DNA of 64,000 nucleotides from an uncultured Planctomycetota bacterium (GTDB taxonomy: Bacteria > Planctomycetota > Phycisphaerae > Tepidisphaerales > Tepidisphaeraceae), in contig CAWJEN010000006.1 of assembly GCA_963841915.1 (NCBI GenBank), positions 928,001-992,000 on the forward strand. Reading direction: 5' to 3'. This document shows, piece after piece, positions 42,761 through 52,383 of this stretch (within the stretch, counting starts at the first letter, position 1; every line of letters begins with the position of its first letter). Position numbers and translations under genes: made by a program. The notes below the pieces were generated by a model. The model was given only the letters and a program-made list of their open reading frames with translations. It did no database searches and was not told the DNA's origin.

Positions 42761-45043
42761 TCATTCGACTGAGGCGACTTCACCGTTGAAGCCGGCGTCA
42801 TCACCCAGTTCCGTCTCCGGCGTCGGCGGCTTGTACGCCGGCGGATCGAGCTGGACGGCCAGGAGCACCTCAATGACCGAGTCATTGATCATCGACTCGC
42901 CCGTGACCGGATCGAGCAAAGACGGATCGTCGGCAGAGACCGGACCGGTGTTGCGACCGGGGCGGTTGTTGAAACGAGCGGGCTGGCGAGGCTGCGAGAA
43001 GCTGCCACCGGGGTTGCTGAATTCGCCGCCGCCGAAATCACCCATTGGGTTCCGGCGACCGTCGCGCGGATCTCGCGGGCTCCGCGGATCGACCGGCCCG
43101 GTTTCTTCAGGTTCTGGTGCGAGAACGGCCTGCCGGGCTTCATAACGCTCGCGAAGAGACTCCAGAACCTCGGGAGAATCCTTCAGCGGCTGCGCGTCGC
43201 TCATGCTGGCCAGCGAGATCTTGTAAGGCAGGTCCGGCCGCTCAGCGGACGGTGCCAACTGCTCCAGCCGCTGTCGAAGCGACTCCGAGCCGGCATCGCC
43301 CAGCAGGTCATAGACCGAGGGCCGCCCCTCGACCGAGGCAGGTGTCAAGAGCACGAGCTTGATGATAAAACCACGGCGCGGCCCTCCTTCGGCACCACCA
43401 CCAGCAGCGGCCGACAGATCACCAAAGCCGGCGTCGGCACCGTCGGCTGCGCCGCTCCGCGGCCGACTGCCCGACAGCACCAGTCGCGCGTTCGTGTAGA
43501 AGACGCTCGCGTTGTCGACGAGCGCACCGACGTCGTCGGTGTAGACGCTTTGCATCTCGTGCAGCTGCACAAACGTCCGCTGCGCTCGCGGCGTGGCAAC
43601 CACGGCAGCCTTGTCGGCTTCGTCGTAGGTTGTCGGGTCACCCAGTTGACCGGCCAATGCAGCCGCAACGTCGCCCCGTGGTCCGGGCAACGCAGTCAGC
43701 AAGTCGGCAGACAATCCCGGCCAGTACGACATGCCATCGCGGAGCGTGTTGACGTTGCGGACTATCTGTAGTTCTGCTACGCCGCCACCCGCGACGCTTT
43801 GCCATTCCGTGCCCAGACGGTTTGCCGTGTCTTTGATGGTTTTGATCTGATTCTGAGCATTCTGCCCGCGGGAAAGCGCGCCCTCGTTCAGGAGCAGCGA
43901 GGCCAGCGCGATCATGGCCGCGGCGACACCCATGACGCCGGCGGCGACGAAGAACTTTGTCTTGTCCCGCCACATCTTGTCCTGGCGGATGTGCGTCGGC
44001 AGCAGGCTGCTGGTGATGGCCGCGTCGCCGAGTGCCTGCAGGGCCAGGCCGTAGGCGCAGGTGCCGCTGAGCGTGTTCTCCGCCAACGCCGCCGCAGCCG
44101 ACGCGTCGTCGGGGCCGGGCACGTTGAATCGTTGCGGTTTCTCGACCGGCATCTGCAGGTTTTTCTGCAGGTAGCCGCTGAGACCGTTGAGCTTGAACCC
44201 GCCGCCGAGGGCGATGATCTTGCGGACCTCGACGCCGCTGTGGCCGCTTTGGTAGAAGCCGAGCGACCGCTGCACCTCGCCGACGAGCTCGCCGAACACC
44301 GGCCGCATCGCCTGGTAAATCTGCTTGGCGTACTTACTCGCCTTGGCACCACGCTTCATCTCCTCGGCCTTCTCGAAGTCGATCTTGAAGGCTTTGGCGA
44401 GTGCCTGGGTGAAGGCGTTGCCGCCGACGTCGAGCGACCGCATCCAGATGCTGTCGTTGTCGGCCACAATCATGTCGGTGCTCTCTGCACCAAGATCGAG
44501 GATGACGGCGTGACCCTTGTCCAGCCGAGCGTCGTTCCGCACCGCGTTGTAGACGGCCAGCGGGTTCGTCTGCACCGCCAGCACGTCCAGCTCTGCGTTG
44601 ACGAACGTCTGCACGTGCGAATTCACCAGCTCTTTGCGCATGGCAAAGATGCCGACCTCGACATCGGGGTCGTCTTCACGCTCAAACAGCTGATAGCTCC
44701 ACTCGACGTCGTCGAGCGGGAACGGAATCTGCTGAACCGCCTCGAACCGAACGATCTCGGGGATTTTCCGCGGCTCGACCGGCGGCAGCTTGACGAACCG
44801 GGCGAAGCTCTGCTGGCCCGTCACGCTGACGGCCACTGCCGTCTTGCGTGTGTCGTGACGGCTGACGAACTTGGCCAGGGCGGTCTGGACGAGCTCTTCG
44901 CGGTTGTCACCGGCCTCGGAAAGGATGGTGTCGTGTTCGATGGCCGCAAAGTCGGTCATCTTCACGCCTTCGGCCGTGCGTTGCAGCTTTACAGCCTTGA
45001 GCGCACGGTTGCCGATATCGATACCCCAAGCTGCGCTGGCCAT
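42761..45043 (-). CDS. pilM: Type IV pilus assembly protein PilM fused to a PilN-like TM/periplasmic part
   Basis: WGIDIGNRALKAV, RFVKLPPV, FEAVQQIPFPL, LDLGA, GGNAFT, EVQRSLGFY, then SSLLP plus TM. Confidence 0.9.
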   Translation of the reverse strand: MASAAWGIDIGNRALKAVKLQRTAEGVKMTDFAAIEHDTILSEAGDNREELVQTALAKFVSRHDTRKTAVAVSVTGQQSFARFVKLPPVEPRKIPEIVRFEAVQQIPFPLDDVEWSYQLFEREDDPDVEVGIFAMRKELVNSHVQTFVNAELDVLAVQTNPLAVYNAVRNDARLDKGHAVILDLGAESTDMIVADNDSIWMRSLDVGGNAFTQALAKAFKIDFEKAEEMKRGAKASKYAKQIYQAMRPVFGELVGEVQRSLGFYQSGHSGVEVRKIIALGGGFKLNGLSGYLQKNLQMPVEKPQRFNVPGPDDASAAAALAENTLSGTCAYGLALQALGDAAITSSLLPTHIRQDKMWRDKTKFFVAAGVMGVAAAMIALASLLLNEGALSRGQNAQNQIKTIKDTANRLGTEWQSVAGGGVAELQIVRNVNTLRDGMSYWPGLSADLLTALPGPRGDVAAALAGQLGDPTTYDEADKAAVVATPRAQRTFVQLHEMQSVYTDDVGALVDNASVFYTNARLVLSGSRPRSGAADGADAGFGDLSAAAGGGAEGGPRRGFIIKLVLLTPASVEGRPSVYDLLGDAGSESLRQRLEQLAPSAERPDLPYKISLASMSDAQPLKDSPEVLESLRERYEARQAVLAPEPEETGPVDPRSPRDPRDGRRNPMGDFGGGEFSNPGGSFSQPRQPARFNNRPGRNTGPVSADDPSLLDPVTGESMINDSVIEVLLAVQLDPPAYKPPTPETELGDDAGFNGEVASVE

Positions 45044-45220
45044 AGCGTGCTCCAAACTAACAAACGGTTGTCCTGCGGTTGCAAGCGGCGATCGACCGAG
45101 GGCGGCACTGGGCGTTGGTTGCGCAGAGGCGTGCCTGGCGGGGCGGTCGAAGTTGGGGCCGTCGCGTGCCGCGGCCGGGGCTGCCGGCCGACGTCATCGT
45201 ACCGGACCGCTGCCGATCCA

Positions 45221-46147
45221 TCAAGAAGCAACCGCCACGACATCGCTAGTTGCACCAATGCCACCCGCATTCACCGCCTCGTTCCACCGCTGACGGACGC
45301 GATCCACGCCATAATCGGACGACGGCTCGCCACGCTCGGGTGACTCCACAAGCCGCAACATCGCCCGCGTGATGTGCCGCGGCAGCATCGTCTCGCTCAC
45401 AAACCCGCTGCCTTGCATCTCGGCCACCTCGGTCGACACGATCGGCAAGCCGGTCGCGGCAGCGACGTGAGCAGGCCACGGGTCGCAAGGCCCCGTCGGC
45501 GTGAGCAGGGCGGCGTCGGCACGACCGGCCGCTTCCTCATACGTCAGCCCGTGCGTCGGCTCGATCATGTCCGGCAAACCCAGCTGATCGGCGAATCGGC
45601 GCGCCTGACGCAGCCGCGGAGCGTCGCCCGGTGCCAGCAGCATGCGGTGCGTCTGTCCCTGGCGGCGCATCAGCACGTACAACAGACACGCCGCCCACAC
45701 ACCCGACTGGAGCCCACTGTTCGGCCCGGCGTCGGCAGAAAGCAGCCAGCGAAACACACCGTCGTCGGACCGTGAAGCCTCAGCAACCGTCACAGGGGCG
45801 GGCATCGAGATGCCGCCAATGCGCTCCTGCTGGGCGTTGCCGTGGCACAGGAGTACCGCACCGCCGGTCGGGCGAGCTTCGTGTGGTTGCGGGCGATAAA
45901 AGATCGTCGGAATACCGACCGAGACAGCCGTGTCGAAAGCGTCCTTCGACCAGCAGACGACACGGGTCACCCGCATCTGACGTAACCGGATGGCTGTTCG
46001 AAGCCTCAGCAAAGCGTGGTCAAAGCGTGCCTTGAGCACGACACCGTCCGACGCAACAACGTCCAGGAGGCAATCCGGCGGACTTGCCACATCAACCAGG
46101 TGAATGAGCGGCGGCGACTCCACGGGCGGCGACCCTAGTCGGCCCAC
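45221..46147 (-). CDS. Hypothetical protein, degenerate GT-B glycosyltransferase-like
   Basis: ADAALLTP..AAATGLPIVST resembles a GT4 C-terminal motif without the acidic residues. Confidence 0.45.
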   Translation of the reverse strand: MGRLGSPPVESPPLIHLVDVASPPDCLLDVVASDGVVLKARFDHALLRLRTAIRLRQMRVTRVVCWSKDAFDTAVSVGIPTIFYRPQPHEARPTGGAVLLCHGNAQQERIGGISMPAPVTVAEASRSDDGVFRWLLSADAGPNSGLQSGVWAACLLYVLMRRQGQTHRMLLAPGDAPRLRQARRFADQLGLPDMIEPTHGLTYEEAAGRADAALLTPTGPCDPWPAHVAAATGLPIVSTEVAEMQGSGFVSETMLPRHITRAMLRLVESPERGEPSSDYGVDRVRQRWNEAVNAGGIGATSDVVAVAS

Positions 46148-46341
46148 CGCCCAAACCTCATGAAGCCCCCGTTCTTACCACAGGCACGGCCGCTGTTATC
46201 GGCCCGCCTGCGGCCGAATCCACAGGAAAAATCTGACGCAATTTTCTCCAGTCAATCTCGATTTCTCGTAAGTCGTTGGTGGAGAAACGCTAAAAATCCG
46301 GCTAAAGTTATCGGTCTTACTGATGTTGTGCGAGGCGTCAT

Positions 46342-46349
46342 GCCGATAC
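46342..46349 (+). promoter_or_regulatory. Possible sigma-28 -10 element upstream of flgM
   Basis: GCCGATAC about 95 bp before the flgM start; no correctly spaced TAAA -35. Confidence 0.3.
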
Positions 46350-46444
46350 AAAGGGTGACGGCAGGGCGGACAAGCTCGATCGTCGCCGGTGTCGCAGCCG
46401 GCTGACCCGCAACGGACTCTTCACCAGACGCAACAGGACGCACC

Positions 46445-46729
46445 ATGAACATTAACCCCACCACCGCAGCGACCGCCACCACCGCCGCCAAGCTCAACAC
46501 GGTCCAGGCCAAGCAGGCCTACGGCATTCAGGACGCGCAGCCCAAGGCCAACGCCGACCGCGTCGAGCTGAGCAAGGCCGACGGCTTCCAGCGGCTCGTC
46601 GAGATGGCCAAGGGTGGCGACATCCGCGCCGACAAGGTCGCCGACATGAAGGCCCAGATCGCCGCCGGCACCTACGACCTCGACGCCAAGGCCGACACCG
46701 TCGCGGAGCGGATGCTCGAAGACTTCTAG
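46445..46729 (+). CDS. flgM: Anti-sigma-28 factor
   Basis: DRVELS, DIRADKVADMKAQIAAGTY; AGGA RBS. Confidence 0.9.
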   Translation: MNINPTTAATATTAAKLNTVQAKQAYGIQDAQPKANADRVELSKADGFQRLVEMAKGGDIRADKVADMKAQIAAGTYDLDAKADTVAERMLEDF

Positions 46730-46749
46730 GTCGACTGCCAATCCAGCGA

Positions 46750-46787
46750 CACGCCCGCGGGCCGCCCGGTGCCGGCCCGCGGGCGTG
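46750..46787 (+). terminator. Hairpin after flgM
   Basis: 15-bp stem CACGCCCGCGGGCCG/CGGCCCGCGGGCGTG then CCTTT. Confidence 0.6.
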
Positions 46788-46800
46788 CCTTTGATGCCCC

Positions 46801-47175
46801 GTGCCCTTTGCCATCACCATCCGACGCACGTTCTGCGCCGCCCACCGACTCACCTTCGCCAACGGCGTCGTTGAGCCGACGCACGGCCACAACTGGCACG
46901 TCAGCCTTACCGTCCGCCGCCACGACGGCCAACTCGACGACGCCGACTGCGTCCTCGACTTCCATGAGCTCGAACATCAGCTCGACGCGGTGATCGGACC
47001 GTGGAACAACAACGACCTCAACGCGTGCCCGCCGTTCGCGAGCGGTGTCAATCCCTCTGCCGAACGCGTGGCCGAGGCCATCGCGACCGGCATCGAGGTG
47101 CAGAAGGGCGTAATCGTCGAGCGTGTCGACGTGACCGAAGCCGAAGGCTGCATCGCCACCTGGCGAGCCGCCTGA
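46801..47175 (+). CDS. queD: 6-carboxytetrahydropterin synthase
   Basis: FCAAHRL, HGHNW, LDFHEL, NPSAERVA, VTE. Confidence 0.88.
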   Translation: MPFAITIRRTFCAAHRLTFANGVVEPTHGHNWHVSLTVRRHDGQLDDADCVLDFHELEHQLDAVIGPWNNNDLNACPPFASGVNPSAERVAEAIATGIEVQKGVIVERVDVTEAEGCIATWRAA

Positions 47176-47238
47176 GGTTTATGAGTCGGTAGTGGCTGCC
47201 CGCTGAAGTGGCAATCGCGTTTGAGAAGAGCTTTCGAG

Positions 47239-48600
47239 CTAATCGTTGGTCTCGACGCCCGCCGCCAGATCTGCCAGCGGTTCATCGAAGCGGATCAGGA
47301 TGAATTCCGTCTCATCCGGCCCCTCACGCTCGGGGCGGCCGTCGGTGAAGGGGAAGTTGTTGTCGTTGCAGACGATGACCGTCCGCTCGTCGACGACGGC
47401 GACGGACTCGATCGTCAGGTACGGGAAGCGGAAGCGGTTGTTGCCGTCGCCATCGAGGTCGTCCGGATCGGCGAGGTCGAGGAGGTCGGCAGCATCACCA
47501 CGGGTTACAGCGTCGGGTCCGCCTGGGCTGGATGTCAATATCGAGAAAACTCGAAGCCGCTTGCCCCTCGAATCGTCTCCTTGCTCCGCGTCCCTCGTGA
47601 TGTACAGGAAGTCGACAGTTGCCTCCGCTAGCAGCATCGGTGGTGCTGAGAACCAGGTTGCGCCGCCAACTGCAGACGTGCTTTCGCTCAGGCTGATGGT
47701 CTTGAACGCCTCGTTGACGTCTGCCTTAGGCCTGTAGCTTGTCCCCAGCTGGAGGCGATAGATGCGAATGTCCTGCTCTCCCTCCATCGGCTTCTCCAGA
47801 AGGGCAACAAGTGCGTCAACACGAACGGTGGCGGCCCACGCCCTGAGATCCCGAAGCTCTTGCTCACTCAACTGCTCTTGAAGGTGTTCAGGTAATTTCG
47901 TCAGGTCAAGCGTGCCGTTACGAACTGCGGCCAGACCCTCGAACCCGGAACTCCGCCCAATCTTGGCCATCGCCGGGTCCTTCGTCGGGTGGTCCGGCGA
48001 GTGCATGCCCTCGCCCGGCAGGCCCACCGGCTCCTCCAGCAACCGGCCCTCGTCGTCGAAGTGCAAGAGAAACGGCCCGAACTCGTCGCCGATCCAGATC
48101 GTGCCGTCCGGCAGCAGGACCATCGACTCGACATCAAAATCCGCCCCCGTCAGCAGGCGATTGTCGCGGATCATCGCCGGGACCGGGATGTCGCTGCCGT
48201 GGGGGGCGGGGTACGTCTCGCCGTCGGCGACCGTCGGCCAGTCGATGAGGTCGTTCGGGTCGCTCAGGTGAAACGCCAGCTCCCAGGCGACCTCGCCCGT
48301 CTCGAAGTCGGGCGTGATCTTGTAGACGCACAAGAGGTAGTCGGCACTGTTGGCCTTCGTGCCGAAGCCGTTGTCGCTGAGGGCGTAGTAGCTGCCGGGC
48401 TCGCCCGGGATCGGCACGAGCGACGAGATGCCCCCGACCGGCTGCTTGTCGACGAACGGCGCACCCTCGGCCTCGATGAACTGCCCGCTCGTCGGGCCGT
48501 CGCGGAACGTGTCGGCCGGTAGCCGCGCCAGGCCGATCAGCGTCGGCTCGGCAAGCACCGGGGCGGCCAACAACAGCACGACACACAAGGCAGTTCGCAT
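47239..48600 (-). CDS. Esterase-like activity of phytase family protein (secreted beta-propeller)
   Basis: LPADTF..GPTSG, LSDNGFG, GADFDVES, GDEFGP, SSGFEG, TIESV, NDNNFPF. Confidence 0.88.
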   Translation of the reverse strand: MRTALCVVLLLAAPVLAEPTLIGLARLPADTFRDGPTSGQFIEAEGAPFVDKQPVGGISSLVPIPGEPGSYYALSDNGFGTKANSADYLLCVYKITPDFETGEVAWELAFHLSDPNDLIDWPTVADGETYPAPHGSDIPVPAMIRDNRLLTGADFDVESMVLLPDGTIWIGDEFGPFLLHFDDEGRLLEEPVGLPGEGMHSPDHPTKDPAMAKIGRSSGFEGLAAVRNGTLDLTKLPEHLQEQLSEQELRDLRAWAATVRVDALVALLEKPMEGEQDIRIYRLQLGTSYRPKADVNEAFKTISLSESTSAVGGATWFSAPPMLLAEATVDFLYITRDAEQGDDSRGKRLRVFSILTSSPGGPDAVTRGDAADLLDLADPDDLDGDGNNRFRFPYLTIESVAVVDERTVIVCNDNNFPFTDGRPEREGPDETEFILIRFDEPLADLAAGVETND

Positions 48601-48640
48601 CGACGGCCAGCGTCGCAATTTACGCCCTGGACGGCAAGCC

Positions 48641-50152
48641 TCACAGGAACGCGACGTCGCTCAGCCGCGTCCGCGTCTCGGCAATGAGGTGTTCGTCGAC
48701 CATCGGCCGATCGGGCTGATCGAGCCGCCAGATGACCAGCCGCTGCCGGTCGGCCGTCACCGCGGCAAGTCGGCCCACGCCGGCCGACAATTCCACGAGC
48801 TCGCCGTGGTCACACGCGTACGACAGTCGGACTGAGTCATCCAGCCCGACGACCTCGATGCCGCCGTCTCGAAGCAGGCCGGCGATCCGGACATCGCCCA
48901 GCCAAGGTACAACGCACGCCGACACGACAGGCCCGGAGAAGCTTGCGCCGCCTGTCGGACAGATTGCAATTGCATCTTCTTCAGGCGGATCAAGCACAAG
49001 GCATTTCACACTGCCGTCGGCCAGGACGGCCAACACGCCACCGCTCGGCCGCCGAAGCAGGGCAACGGTGTCGCCCTCTGCGTCGACATGCTCGACCGCG
49101 TCATGATCATCAGCCTTTACGCGGACAAGCGTTCGGCCACCCGCGGCCAGAACCGAACCCTTCGGCAGGGCGGCGATGGCTTTAACACTCGACAGGCCGA
49201 GCGTTTTCAGTGACAGGTCACGAATTCGCAGGGGCGCAGCGGCAGACCGCCTTCGGCACCAGACGCCGCTGACGCCTTCGCCGGTTCGGCCCAGCCAGAA
49301 CCAGTCGGCCGGTTCGCCTTCGTAGGGCGTCGAACAGGCATCGATGGCGCCAAAACCGCTCGCCGAGGTCGAGTCATCAAGGTGCGGCAAATGCCCGACG
49401 GCATCGTCCGGATCGTCGCCCGGCCAAACCGACAGGCCGTACCGCGTCCCGGCGAGCACCGTCGCCTGATCGTCGAGCATCACCACTCGCAACCGCCTGA
49501 TACTGCCGAGCGAGTCTGTGACCTCGGCGATGGTGGCCGTCGACCGTTGCGACCAATCGAGCACCTGCGACCCCGCAGCAACAAGCAGGCGGTCGTGATC
49601 TTTGTCGAACGCGGCCTCGTGCAGCTTGAGCAGCGTCGGCTTCTGGTCGGCCTCCGGTAGGGCGGCCAAGAGCCTGCCCGGCGGAACCTGCGGGTTCTTC
49701 CTCAGAATGTCCTCAAACGTCGCAAGAAGCGAGGCCGCGTGCCCCTCGGCCGCTCGGGCGGCGGCGGTCATCTCATTCAGCGCCTGCCGTTCGCGCAGCT
49801 GTGGGGCGTCGGCCACAACGCGGACGTTCGTCGCCTCGACTCCGATGGCAAAAAGCTCAGATCGTAACGCCTTCGTCAGCATCTCCGTCGGCGGATGGTC
49901 GAGCAGGTCCTGCGCGTCAACGGGCTCGACCTGCCGAACCGTCTCCAGCAGCCGTCTCTTGAGAATCGGCGTGTGCGACTGCATGGCCTTGCCGAACGGA
50001 AACCCGGCGGCATACGCGTTGGCAAAGGCGGCCTGATCGACAGCGCCGTCGTGCAGACGGGCGTCGAGCGTGACGGAAAGGTCGACGTCGAAGCCGTCGC
50101 GGCTGCGGATGCGGCCGGCGGGCAGTTGAAGACTCGTCACGTCGTCAGGCAC
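48641..50152 (-). CDS. Hypothetical protein, possible SPFH-like N-terminus and beta-propeller C-terminus
   Basis: Long non-overlapping ORF; ADGSVK, RDGGIEV, ADRQRLVIWR WD40-like strands. Confidence 0.6.
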   Translation of the reverse strand: MPDDVTSLQLPAGRIRSRDGFDVDLSVTLDARLHDGAVDQAAFANAYAAGFPFGKAMQSHTPILKRRLLETVRQVEPVDAQDLLDHPPTEMLTKALRSELFAIGVEATNVRVVADAPQLRERQALNEMTAAARAAEGHAASLLATFEDILRKNPQVPPGRLLAALPEADQKPTLLKLHEAAFDKDHDRLLVAAGSQVLDWSQRSTATIAEVTDSLGSIRRLRVVMLDDQATVLAGTRYGLSVWPGDDPDDAVGHLPHLDDSTSASGFGAIDACSTPYEGEPADWFWLGRTGEGVSGVWCRRRSAAAPLRIRDLSLKTLGLSSVKAIAALPKGSVLAAGGRTLVRVKADDHDAVEHVDAEGDTVALLRRPSGGVLAVLADGSVKCLVLDPPEEDAIAICPTGGASFSGPVVSACVVPWLGDVRIAGLLRDGGIEVVGLDDSVRLSYACDHGELVELSAGVGRLAAVTADRQRLVIWRLDQPDRPMVDEHLIAETRTRLSDVAFL

Positions 50153-50188
50153 GACACGTCACCGTAGCAAGGCCCGCTAGCGTGGCCG

Positions 50189-51433
50189 ATGCCGATCAAC
50201 GATGTGCCGCTGCCTTACCTGACCAGCGACACCCCCGGCATCGGCGGCAGACTTCGCGATCGGCCTGAGGACTTCTTCGTCCAGGAAGTGCCGCTCTACC
50301 AGCCCAGCGGCACCGGCTCGCACATCTATGTCGAGGTCCAGAAGGTCGGCCTGACCACCCGCGAGGCCGTCAACCGCATCGCAAGTGCCCTCGACATCGA
50401 TCGACGTGACGTCGGCTACGCAGGCCTCAAGGACCGCCACGCGATCACGGTCCAGATGTTCAGCGTGCCGTTGACCGAGCAGGTGACGGAGGATCGCGTG
50501 ATGCGGATGGAGGTCGAAGGCCTGGCCCCGCGGTGGGCGGATCTGCACGAGAACAAGCTGAAAATCGGCCATCTGTCGGGCAACCGTTTTGCCGTGCGGG
50601 TGCGGGACGTGCGGGCGACGGACGTCGTCAAGCTGCGGCCGATGCTGAACCGCCTCGAAGCCGAAGGGCTGCCCAATTACTACGGCGAGCAACGGTTCGG
50701 CCGCGACGAGGAACGGCCGAACGACGTGCTGGGCCTGCTGCTGCTTCGCGGCGACTACGACGGTTTTCTGAAGGCGTACCTGGGCGGTTCGGATGGTCGC
50801 AAAGATGTCGCCGCCGCTCGGAAGCTGTACGACGAAGGCGATCGCGACGCGGCGTTGGCGGCTTGGCCTGACAACATCAGGGCCGAGCGTCGCGTGCTGG
50901 ACAAGCTTGTCAAGACCGGCGAACCCCTCGCGGCGGTCAAGCAGATCGACAAGAAGATCCGCCGGCTCTACGAGTCGGCAGCGCAGTCGGCGGCCTTCAA
51001 CGCAATTGTCGCCGATCGCGTTTCAGACGGGCTGCTTGCCACCCTTGTCGAGGGTGATGTCGCACGCATTCACAAAGAGAATCTGACCGTCGGCGGGGCG
51101 TTCACAGTGGAAGACGCCGCCAAGGAACAGCCGCGGTGCGAGGCGTGGGAGATCAGCCCGAGCGGCCCGTTGCCAGGCCGAAAGGAGCGACCGAAGGCGA
51201 TGGCCGAGGCAGAGCGTCGCGAGTCGGCAGCTTTTGCAAGGCTTGGGGTCTCGCGCGACGACTTTGCCAGCCAGACCGGCGAACGGCGTCCGCTGCGAGT
51301 GCGGCCTATCGACACGCAGCTCAGCGGTGGTGTCGACGAGCACGGCGAACACATCACCGTCGCCTTCACGCTACCGGCCGGTTCGTTTGCGACGACGGTG
51401 ATGCGGGAGCTGATGAAGCCAGACGTCGACTAG
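50189..51433 (+). CDS. truD: tRNA pseudouridine(13) synthase
   Basis: PEDFFVQE, YAGLKDRHAITVQ, GHLSGNRF, PNYYGEQRFG, FTLPAGSFATTVMRE. Confidence 0.96.
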   Translation: MPINDVPLPYLTSDTPGIGGRLRDRPEDFFVQEVPLYQPSGTGSHIYVEVQKVGLTTREAVNRIASALDIDRRDVGYAGLKDRHAITVQMFSVPLTEQVTEDRVMRMEVEGLAPRWADLHENKLKIGHLSGNRFAVRVRDVRATDVVKLRPMLNRLEAEGLPNYYGEQRFGRDEERPNDVLGLLLLRGDYDGFLKAYLGGSDGRKDVAAARKLYDEGDRDAALAAWPDNIRAERRVLDKLVKTGEPLAAVKQIDKKIRRLYESAAQSAAFNAIVADRVSDGLLATLVEGDVARIHKENLTVGGAFTVEDAAKEQPRCEAWEISPSGPLPGRKERPKAMAEAERRESAAFARLGVSRDDFASQTGERRPLRVRPIDTQLSGGVDEHGEHITVAFTLPAGSFATTVMRELMKPDVD

Positions 51434-52305
51434 TCGCCGTCAGTCGCCTCGCCGATGGCATCACCCGCACGATTGATCAGGTCGCCTGGGCCACCGACTT
51501 CGCCGGGCGTGATTTCACGCTCTTCTTGCACTTCTCCCATGTAGCCATCGAACTTCGCCTCGGCGGCGAGGGTTGCAAAGAGCGTCCCAAGGCCACAGAA
51601 GGTCGTGAAAGCGAACAGGCCGATGCAAGCCAGACCCCAAAGACGCTGCGACGCGGCCGTGATGGTCAGGCCCCACGTGATGCCGGCCGTCCAGAACCCG
51701 TTGGCGAGGTGGAAGGTCGCGGCGATGATGCCGAGCGGGTAGATCAGGTAGCCGACCCACCACGCCGCCTGCATGTGGTTGATTGTGGTCTGCGTTGCGT
51801 AGTGCGGGTCAAAGGTGACGCGGTCGCCGAAGTCGCCGCCGATCGCGCCCTTCATGGTCAGGACGTGAAACGCGATGAACGCCAGCAGGATGAAGCTGGT
51901 GGCCCGCTGAGCGGTGTACGCCCAGTTCTTGCCGTAGCCGTAGCTGCTGACGTTGGGGCGACCGGCAAAGGCGACGAGCGTGCCGTAGACGCCATGGAAG
52001 ATGATCGGCAGGAAGATCGCGAACCATTCCACCGCCACGAGGAACGGGGTGTCGTGGATCCGGTCGACCTGGTTCTGGTAGACATCATTGGCGGCAAGCG
52101 AAGATCCAAAGGCGACCGGGAACGTCGCCTGGAGCAGCGTGGCGTTGATGAGCAGGTGGACGACGATGTACCCGCCGAAAACGATGCCGCTCAGGGAGTG
52201 CAGGCGGCGCAGGGCAAAGCGGTGCTTGTTCAGAAAGTTGGCAACGCCAGCGCGTGGGCCGCTTTTGTGGTCGTCTCTGGCAATCGGCGGGGAAAAGGCG
52301 GTCAT
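51430..52305 (-). CDS. sdhC: Succinate dehydrogenase cytochrome b558 subunit
   Basis: RRLHSLSG, VHL, FHGVYG, QRAT, FHV, FHLANGFW..ITWG; five TM helices. Confidence 0.88.
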   Translation of the reverse strand: MTAFSPPIARDDHKSGPRAGVANFLNKHRFALRRLHSLSGIVFGGYIVVHLLINATLLQATFPVAFGSSLAANDVYQNQVDRIHDTPFLVAVEWFAIFLPIIFHGVYGTLVAFAGRPNVSSYGYGKNWAYTAQRATSFILLAFIAFHVLTMKGAIGGDFGDRVTFDPHYATQTTINHMQAAWWVGYLIYPLGIIAATFHLANGFWTAGITWGLTITAASQRLWGLACIGLFAFTTFCGLGTLFATLAAEAKFDGYMGEVQEEREITPGEVGGPGDLINRAGDAIGEATDGD

Positions 52306-52383
52306 CGGCCGAACATGCTAAGCAGGGCGGCGGCGGGTTTCATCCGCTTTGGAAGCTGACGCCAAGTGACACCGGTCCAGGAA

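Noticed and set aside
46170..46290. DnaA-box-like words (GAATCCACA, TTCTCCACC, CTTACCACA) as oriC
   Set aside because: All have two or more differences from TTATCCACA, and there is no dnaA or clear unwinding element; better explained as promoter DNA
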